A program made the translations under genes and the position numbers. This document shows, piece after piece, positions 44,263-50,890 of a stretch of 50,890 nt of DNA. The notes beneath the pieces are model-generated. The model was given only the letters and a program-made list of their open reading frames with translations, had not been told where the DNA came from and searched no databases. How positions within the stretch are numbered: the first letter of the stretch is position 1; each line of letters begins with the position of its first letter. Origin of the DNA: Clostridia bacterium (GTDB lineage Bacteria; Bacillota; Clostridia; Oscillospirales; CAG-272); NCBI GenBank assembly GCA_017463445.1, contig JAFTPF010000137.1:1-50890 (forward strand), in the 5' to 3' direction.

Positions 44263-45191
44263 AAGATCTCTTTTTCGGCATCCTCGCTTATTGCAAGCAA
44301 AATTGGCGGCGCATCCTTACCGTTCTGCTCTATCCGCCTGTGTGGATAGTCGTTCTATCGACTGTCGTCAGCGGCGGCGCGACCGTAGCGGTCTTTCTGA
44401 TGCGGTGGGAGCAGAGCCCCATTGCCATTCCCGCATATGTGGCAGCCGCATATGCACTGACCGTCGTTGTGATGCGGTGTATCAAGTATTTCCCCCGCTG
44501 GTTCCGCACGGGCAAAGGCAAGCTCCACTCTACCCACTACAGCGGGCTCTTTCTCAACGATGTGGAATTCCGCACCACGGTGACACTTTACGGATCGCTT
44601 GCCATCAACCTGCTCTATATCGTTTTTAACGCCTGCCTCGCCGTCTATTACCACACCAACTGGTTCGGCATTCTCTCCGGTTACTACGCCATCCTTGCCG
44701 CGATGCGCTTTTTGCTGGCTCGCTATGTGAGACGGGTAGGCATCGGAACCGATCAGATCGGAGAATATCGCCGTTCTCGGCTGTGCGGTATCATCCTGCT
44801 GACCCTTAATCTGACGCTAACCGGTGCGGTGCTGATGATCCTGTATCAGGACAAGGGCTACGAGTATAGCGGAATGCTGATCTACATTATGGCCGCCTAT
44901 ACCTTCTACATCACCACTCACGCCATCATCGACATCGTCAAATTCCGCAAGTACAACAGCCCCGTGATGTCTGCCACCAAGCGGATCAATCTGTCCGCCG
45001 CGCTGGTCTCGATGCTGGCGCTGGAAACTGCGATGATCTCTCAGTTCGGCGCAGAACAGACACCCGAGTTCCGACGGATCATGATCGCCTCCACCGGCGC
45101 GGGGATCAGCCTCATCGTGATCACTCTGTCAGTCTTTATGATCGTCACGGCAAACCGTGCCATCCGTAAGTTCAAAGAAATGGAGCGGTGA
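44259..45191 (+). CDS. Hypothetical integral membrane protein
   Basis: ATGA overlap with the kinase; about 8 TM segments. Confidence 0.75.
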   Translation: MKDLFFGILAYCKQNWRRILTVLLYPPVWIVVLSTVVSGGATVAVFLMRWEQSPIAIPAYVAAAYALTVVVMRCIKYFPRWFRTGKGKLHSTHYSGLFLNDVEFRTTVTLYGSLAINLLYIVFNACLAVYYHTNWFGILSGYYAILAAMRFLLARYVRRVGIGTDQIGEYRRSRLCGIILLTLNLTLTGAVLMILYQDKGYEYSGMLIYIMAAYTFYITTHAIIDIVKFRKYNSPVMSATKRINLSAALVSMLALETAMISQFGAEQTPEFRRIMIASTGAGISLIVITLSVFMIVTANRAIRKFKEMER

Positions 45192-45210
45192 TCCGCTTCG
45201 GGAGTTTATT

Positions 45211-45624
45211 ATGGAAGAGAAAAATAAGACCGAGACCTTCTCCTTCTCGTATTCCGCCAAGGAACAAAAGGAGATCCAAACCATCCGAAGCAAATACGCC
45301 CCGCCTGTTCCCGCAGACGATAAGAAGCGCATGATGGATCGGCTCCGCGCGCTGGATCGAAGCGTCACCCGCAAGGCGTCCGCCATTGCGCTGACCATCG
45401 GCATCATCGGCGCACTGCTGCTGGGGATTGGCATGAGCCTGGTCACCACCGACCTGGGCGACACCATCGGGATCGGCGATCCTATGATCCCCGGTATCAT
45501 CTTCGGACTTTTAGGCATCGGAATTGCCGCACTGTCCTATCCCGTCTACATCGCCGTCACCCGTCGGGAACGGAAACGGATCGCGCCTGAGATCCTGCGA
45601 CTTTCCGACGAGCTGCTTAAATAA
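45211..45624 (+). CDS. Conserved hypothetical two-TM membrane protein
   Basis: GGGAG RBS; EIQTIRSKY..LRALD..LLGIGMS..IAPEILRLSDELLK. Confidence 0.75.
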   Translation: MEEKNKTETFSFSYSAKEQKEIQTIRSKYAPPVPADDKKRMMDRLRALDRSVTRKASAIALTIGIIGALLLGIGMSLVTTDLGDTIGIGDPMIPGIIFGLLGIGIAALSYPVYIAVTRRERKRIAPEILRLSDELLK

Positions 45625-45625
45625 A

Positions 45626-45667
45626 CAGTAAAAGACCGCACAGCTTCTGCTGTGCGGTCTTTTACTG
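45626..45667. terminator. Bidirectional terminator
   Basis: CAGTAAAAGACCGCACAGC-TTCT-GCTGTGCGGTCTTTTACTG. Confidence 0.8.
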
Positions 45668-45688
45668 CGTCGATCTCTGCCGACATTC

Positions 45689-45961
45689 TTATTCGGCGAT
45701 CTTATCGGCCTTTACGATCAGCTTGATAGCGGTACGCTGCTCGTCGTTGACCGAAACCTCTGCGAAAGAAGGCTTGCAGCTGATCTCCAGCTGATCCTCG
45801 CTCAGGAATGCGCCTGCAACGGCTACTGCCTTGACAGCCTGGTTCACTGCGCCTGCGCCGATCGCCTGTACTTCTACTTCACCGCATTCACGGATAACGC
45901 CGGCAATGGCTCCCGCAACGAGATTGGGGCTGGATTTAGCTGATACTTTCAAAACTTCCAT
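45689..45961 (-). CDS. spoVS: Stage V sporulation protein S
   Basis: MEVLKVSAKSSPN.VAGAIAG..QAIGAGAVNQAVKA. Confidence 0.95.
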   Translation of the reverse strand: MEVLKVSAKSSPNLVAGAIAGVIRECGEVEVQAIGAGAVNQAVKAVAVAGAFLSEDQLEISCKPSFAEVSVNDEQRTAIKLIVKADKIAE

Positions 45962-46056
45962 GGTCTTTCTCCTCTCACAAATTGAGAATTAGGTAAGGAT
46001 ACCTGTTACTCTATTATATCAAATTCTGAAAAATGGTTCAAGAGGAAAGCGGATTC

Positions 46057-46833
46057 TTATGAAAATTCTACTCTTGTTACAAATTCCGCGCCCACCGTTT
46101 GTGGGCTTTTGACAAACTCCGCCCCTTGAAAAGTTACATTTCCATTCGAAAGCTCAAATTTTGTCGGAATTTTGTATCTCAGCTTTTGGATGATGCAATC
46201 TACGTCAACCCCCAGCGCGCTCTCGAAAACGCCGCACATTCCAAGGTCGGTAACATAGCCGCTCCCCTTCGGAAGAATTCTTGCATCAGCGGTAGGGACG
46301 TGAGTATGGGTGCCTACGATGACGTCGATCTTTCCGTCAAAGTGCCGTGCCAGCGCAATTTTTTCGGAGGTGGCTTCGGCGTGGATATCCATCAGCGAGA
46401 GGTCGTAGCGTCCCGCGTTGCGCTCCAAGATCTTCTCCACGGTGCGAAAAGGACAGTCCAGCGCGTCCATAAAGACGGTTCCCTGCACATTGATCACCAA
46501 AATGCGCCAGCCGTTGACATCCAGGATGGTGTCGCCCTTGCCCGGCAGCTCGGAGGGGTAGTTGGCAGGGCGGAGGATCCGCTCCTCGTCGTCCAGGTAG
46601 CGGTAGACCTCCCGTTTTTTAAAGATGTGGTTGCCGCCGGTGATCACGTCCACTCCCGCGGCAAACAGCCGCTGGGCGGTGGCTTTGGTGATGCCGTTGC
46701 CTGCGTCGGCGTTCTCACCGTTGAGCATCACGAAATCGATCTGCCGCTCCTTCCGATATTTCCACAGCGTACCACACAGCCGATCTACGGCGACAGGTCC
46801 CACCACGTCGCCAAGGCAAAGTATTTTCATCAT
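46057..46833 (-). CDS. ymdB: YmdB-like metallophosphoesterase
   Basis: GDVVG, NGENA, GNH, HAEATSEK, GTHTHV, TDLGMCG; lies between rny and spoVS. Confidence 0.92.
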   Translation of the reverse strand: MMKILCLGDVVGPVAVDRLCGTLWKYRKERQIDFVMLNGENADAGNGITKATAQRLFAAGVDVITGGNHIFKKREVYRYLDDEERILRPANYPSELPGKGDTILDVNGWRILVINVQGTVFMDALDCPFRTVEKILERNAGRYDLSLMDIHAEATSEKIALARHFDGKIDVIVGTHTHVPTADARILPKGSGYVTDLGMCGVFESALGVDVDCIIQKLRYKIPTKFELSNGNVTFQGAEFVKSPQTVGAEFVTRVEFS

Positions 46834-47012
46834 GATTTCCTTTCCGAAAAAGAAGGAGAAGTCAGCTCCTCACAGAGCGTCTCTTCTCCTTCCGAGATCC
46901 ATATTTCATAATATATCGCTATTTATGAGAAGTCGGCGGTGCCGAACAAACTTGCAAGCTAACTTTATATTATTTATATGTTCCCCACGGCGATTGCCGC
47001 CGCGAGCGTTGT

Positions 47013-48590
47013 TTATTTGGCGTAATCGACTGCTCTGCTCTCGCGCACCACGTTGATCTTGATCTGACCGGGATACTTGAGCTCTGCCTCGATCTTCTTG
47101 GCAACGTCTCTTGCCACCAGGATCATCTGTTGATCGGAAACCGCCTCGGGCTTTACCATGATCCGCACTTCTCTGCCCGCCTGGATCGCGAAGGACTTCT
47201 CCACTCCGGGGAAGGATTCTGCGATTTCCTCCAGCTTCTGCAGGCGCTTGATGTAATTCTCCAGATTCTCGCGTCTTGCACCGGGACGGGCTGCCGAAAT
47301 GGCGTCTGCCGCCTGTACGATGAAGGCGATGGGAGTCTTGGGATCCACGTCTCCGTGGTGCGCCTCGATGGCGTGAATGATCTCTTTGCTCTCCTTGTAC
47401 TTCTTGGCAACGTCTACGCCGATCTGGACGTGGCTGCCTTCGGTCTCGTGGGTCAGTGCCTTGCCGATGTCATGGAGCAGACCCGCACGCTTGGCGACGG
47501 TGCTGTCTACACCCATCTCGTCTGCGATCATTCCCGAGAGGAGCGATACCTCGATGGAGTGATCCAGTACGTTCTGTCCGTAGCTGGTACGGTAACGGAG
47601 TCGTCCCAGCAGCTTCACCAGCTCCTGAGAGATGCCGTGGATGCCGGTCTCGAAGGTGGCGCGGTCGCCTGCCTGCTTGATGGACAGCTCCACTTCCTTC
47701 TTTGCCTTTTCCACCATTTCTTCGATGCGGGCGGGATGGATACGCCCGTCTGCGATGAGCTTTTCCAGCGCCAGTCTCGCGGTCTCTCTCCGAACGGGAT
47801 CGAAGCAAGAGACGGTGATGGCCTCGGGGGTATCGTCGATGATCAGATCGACGCCGGTGAGGTTCTCCACTGCGCGGATATTTCTGCCCTCGCGTCCGAT
47901 GATGCGACCCTTCATGTCGTCGTTGGGAAGGGGAACCACCGACACGGTCGCCTCGGCAACATGCTCGGATGCCAGGCGGGAGATCGCCAGAGACAGGATG
48001 CTGCGCGCCTTTTCATCGGCGTCTTCCTTCAGCTGCTCCTCAATCTCGGCAAGCTTCATGGCGGCCTCGTAGCGCGCCTGCTCCTCGATCTGTCCTATGA
48101 TCTCAGCCTTTGCCTCCTCAACGGTAAGTCCGGACAGCTCCTGCAGCTTTTCCAGCTGCTGTGTCTTGATGGCCTCCAGCTCTTCCCCGCGGGCGGTGTT
48201 TTCCTTGATCTTGTTGTCCAGTTGGGCTTCCTTGCGCTCGCACTGCTCGATCTTGCGGTCCAGCTGTTCTTCGCGGGATGCGACGCGGCGTTCCAGACGG
48301 GTCACTTCGTTACGACGATCCTTGATCTCGCGTTCGCTTTCCTTCTTCGCGGCGAGGATCTCTTCCTTGGCTTCCAGAACGGCTTCCTTTTTCTTGGTCT
48401 CGGCGACCTTCATCGCCTCTGCCACGATACGCTCTGCTTCCTGCTCGGCGGAACCGATCTTAGCCTCTGCCACCCGTTTGCGCCACAACTTGCCAACGAT
48501 AAATCCGACTGCCAAGCCGATCACTGCCACGGCGGCAGCAATGCCGATCCAACCGAACAGCGGAATATTCAGTTGTGTTGGGTAAAACAA
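47013..48590 (-). CDS. rny: Ribonuclease Y
   Basis: N-terminal TM, coiled coil, KH domain ([13 protein letters not shown]), HD domain (LLHDIGK); TTG start after AAGGAGG. Confidence 0.97.
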   Translation of the reverse strand: MFYPTQLNIPLFGWIGIAAAVAVIGLAVGFIVGKLWRKRVAEAKIGSAEQEAERIVAEAMKVAETKKKEAVLEAKEEILAAKKESEREIKDRRNEVTRLERRVASREEQLDRKIEQCERKEAQLDNKIKENTARGEELEAIKTQQLEKLQELSGLTVEEAKAEIIGQIEEQARYEAAMKLAEIEEQLKEDADEKARSILSLAISRLASEHVAEATVSVVPLPNDDMKGRIIGREGRNIRAVENLTGVDLIIDDTPEAITVSCFDPVRRETARLALEKLIADGRIHPARIEEMVEKAKKEVELSIKQAGDRATFETGIHGISQELVKLLGRLRYRTSYGQNVLDHSIEVSLLSGMIADEMGVDSTVAKRAGLLHDIGKALTHETEGSHVQIGVDVAKKYKESKEIIHAIEAHHGDVDPKTPIAFIVQAADAISAARPGARRENLENYIKRLQKLEEIAESFPGVEKSFAIQAGREVRIMVKPEAVSDQQMILVARDVAKKIEAELKYPGQIKINVVRESRAVDYAK

Positions 48591-48927
48591 ATTTTACACC
48601 TCCTTTTGATTTGCGTTATAATTTATACACACGAATCTCCGTAAGTAAAATTATATCCATTATTATTTTAATCATTTTTGCCCCGTCTGTCAAGGGGCTA
48701 CCGCCCCTTTGCGAAAAATTTATATTTGTTTCACAATTTGATATTTTTACCAAAAGCGGCGACTCGATTTTGTGCACTTTGCTACGCTAAATCAATCCGC
48801 TTTGCGGCGGCTTCCGCGTATCCTCTAAAAAAGCAAGGAAATCAACCGAAAAGTATTGATTTTTCGCGCCGATTGTACTATAATAATACCATTCAATGTA
48901 CGGTATCATCACGAAAGGATCATCCCT

Positions 48928-49935
48928 ATGAACAAAATACAAATCCCCGCAGGCTACGCTCCCGCCCTTGACGCATACAACACCCAAAAAGCCATCGCTT
49001 ACATCAAGCAGACCTTCCAACAGGAATTTTCCGACGCGCTCCACTTAAAGCGCGTCTCCGCTCCCCTCTTCGTGACCGAGGAGTCGGGTCTCAACGATAA
49101 TCTGAACGGCTACGAGCGTCCCGTCTCCTTTGACGTGCCTGCGGTAGGGGAGAACGCACAGGTAGTACACTCGCTGGCAAAGTGGAAGCGGCTGGCGCTG
49201 AAGCGCTACGGCTTTGACGTGGGCAACGGTCTGTACACCGACATGAACGCCATCCGACGGGACGAGGAGCTGGATAATCTCCACTCTATCTATGTGGATC
49301 AGTGGGACTGGGAGAAGGTCATCACCCGCGAGACCCGTACCCTCGATTATCTGCAGCTGATCGTCCGCGCTATCGTGGGCGCCATCTGCGACACTTGCGA
49401 CCGTCTGCACGTCCGCTTCCCTCAGCTGAAAACCGAGCTTTGCCGCGAGGTTGCCTTCGTCACCACCCAGGAGCTGGAGGATCGCTATCCCGATTATACC
49501 GCCAAGGAGCGTGAGGACGCCTTCGTAAAGGAGCACAAGACCGCCTTCATTATGCAGATCGGCGGCAAGCTGAGATCCGGCAAGCCCCACGACGGGCGCG
49601 CCCCCGACTACGACGACTGGACTTTGAACGGGGATATTTTCTTCTGGAACGAGGTCCTTGGACGGGGTGTGGAGCTGTCCTCCATGGGAATCCGTGTGGA
49701 TGCCGAGGCGCTGGACCGTCAGCTGACCCTTGCGGGCTGTGATGACCGCCGTGCCCTTCCCTTCCACAAGATGCTGCTGGCGGGTGAGCTGCCGCTGACC
49801 ATCGGCGGCGGTATCGGGCAGTCGCGCCTTTGTATGCTGATGATGGGCTGCGCCCACATCGGCGAGGTGCAGTCCAGCATCTGGGATGCCGAGACAGTAC
49901 GGGTGTGCGAGGCGGCGGGAGTGCGGTTGCTGTAA
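48928..49935 (+). CDS. asnA: Aspartate--ammonia ligase
   Basis: VVHSLAKWKR, HSIYVDQWDWE, RAPDYDDW, TIGGGIGQSRL. Confidence 0.97.
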   Translation: MNKIQIPAGYAPALDAYNTQKAIAYIKQTFQQEFSDALHLKRVSAPLFVTEESGLNDNLNGYERPVSFDVPAVGENAQVVHSLAKWKRLALKRYGFDVGNGLYTDMNAIRRDEELDNLHSIYVDQWDWEKVITRETRTLDYLQLIVRAIVGAICDTCDRLHVRFPQLKTELCREVAFVTTQELEDRYPDYTAKEREDAFVKEHKTAFIMQIGGKLRSGKPHDGRAPDYDDWTLNGDIFFWNEVLGRGVELSSMGIRVDAEALDRQLTLAGCDDRRALPFHKMLLAGELPLTIGGGIGQSRLCMLMMGCAHIGEVQSSIWDAETVRVCEAAGVRLL

Positions 49936-50002
49936 GGGTAAAGAAGAAAGAATATTGATTGAAGAATAAATATGGTAGTTTTTCGGCAATGCCGAAAAAC
50001 GA

Positions 50003-50668
50003 TTGGGCGAGGTGAATGATGTAACAAAAGAGATTTTGACGCTTGCCGAGTGTCGGGAAAGATTGCTTGCAGAGAACAAAGTCACACCTCAATCCGTTTG
50101 GATAGCTACCTTGATGTGGCTAATCCCTTCCGCCATCATCAGCGGATTGCTGGCACTGATCTTTGGGATTCTGCTTACTCATACAGTCGATGATTTGCAT
50201 GTGGCATTCCACATCATAGGCTGGAGTATTTGCGCACTACCTTCGATATTTCTTTTTATCTTATTCCTCAAAACGCTTGTGTCAGCCCGCCGACTCTACC
50301 GCAAGATCCAAACCGCCGGTATAGAGATTGTGGAGGATTCCCTTCTGCGCGCCTACGAAGACGGGGAAATTCGCGGTAGCGGTAGAAATCGCCGGTACGA
50401 GTTATTCTTCGTTCTGGATTTTCGTGATCATGGCAAATACCGGCTCCCCGAGCATCAACACTATACATGGAGCGAGCTTTACGCTATGAGCCATCGGGGG
50501 ATCTATAACACCTCCATTCCCGGCGACACGTTTTATATCGTCCGCGTGGTCGGCGACCGTTCCTGCAAGCCGATGCAAGTATACAACACCAAGCTGTTCG
50601 AGCTCTGCCCCGACGGCACTGAGCGCAAGCCTCGCAAATCCTGGCGGGACAGCGTGAGTCTGGAGTAG
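50003..50668 (+). CDS. Hypothetical membrane protein (two TM segments); start codon uncertain
   Basis: 221-aa ORF with a hydrophobic hairpin and a soluble C-terminus ending VYNTKLFE. Confidence 0.6.
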   Translation: MGEVNDVTKEILTLAECRERLLAENKVTPQSVWIATLMWLIPSAIISGLLALIFGILLTHTVDDLHVAFHIIGWSICALPSIFLFILFLKTLVSARRLYRKIQTAGIEIVEDSLLRAYEDGEIRGSGRNRRYELFFVLDFRDHGKYRLPEHQHYTWSELYAMSHRGIYNTSIPGDTFYIVRVVGDRSCKPMQVYNTKLFELCPDGTERKPRKSWRDSVSLE

Positions 50669-50723
50669 GAGAAAAAATAGGGGAGAACCGCAGTTTTCTC
50701 CTGTTTTCATTGCATAAAACCAG

Positions 50724-50750
50724 CCCGACGAATCCTCGTCGGGCTTTTTT
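50724..50750 (+). terminator. Rho-independent terminator
   Basis: GCCCGACGA-ATCC-TCGTCGGGC plus TTTTTT; nearly the same core as the 15470-15504 hairpin. Confidence 0.7.
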
Positions 50751-50890
50751 CGGCTCTATAATAAATGTTGGGGTACCGACAGATAGAGCTCAAAAAAATA
50801 ACAAAAAAAAGAGCATATCTGACAAAAATCTGATAGAATGAAGTTACCACACAAAACATTCATCGGAGGAGTCGGATATGCTCAATTCAT

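Noticed and set aside
45689-48590. rny-ymdB-spoVS cluster as a novelty
   Set aside because: This is a well-known conserved gene order in Firmicutes.

Overview
A 50.9-kb, GC-rich chromosomal segment from an uncultured-looking Clostridia (Firmicutes) genome; the taxon is inferred from sigmaA promoters, a GAAC-N4-GTTC LexA box, the rny-ymdB-spoVS order and sortase motifs. Housekeeping genes are pckG (partial), an M3 oligoendopeptidase, a ThrE pair, a minimal SufC/SufB pair, rsmA, tRNA-Thr(CGT), lexA, a two-component system, spoVS, ymdB, rny and asnA. Accessory surface and glycan loci include four tandem paralogous lipoproteins, two ECF sigma/anti-sigma pairs, an AraC-GH97-SGNH cluster, and a GH76 with PKTGD-anchored surface proteins. 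Main observations missed by the ORF track: (1) a complete type I toxin-antitoxin module (33-aa hydrophobic peptide plus convergent sRNA) at 9789-10134; (2) a 35-bp putative ECF promoter shared between the LRR-anti-sigma-linked sigma gene and the lipoprotein array 18 kb away; (3) two anti-sigmas with a shared membrane-proximal motif but unrelated extracellular domains; (4) three sortase substrates ending in a conserved SKKRS(T/S)AC tail; (5) a dispersed multi-hairpin REP/REPIN-like repeat family. Six single-base deletions in short homopolymers break ORFs and are most likely sequencing artefacts. No CRISPR array, transposase or prophage was seen. All functional calls come from motif recognition by eye; no database search was run.
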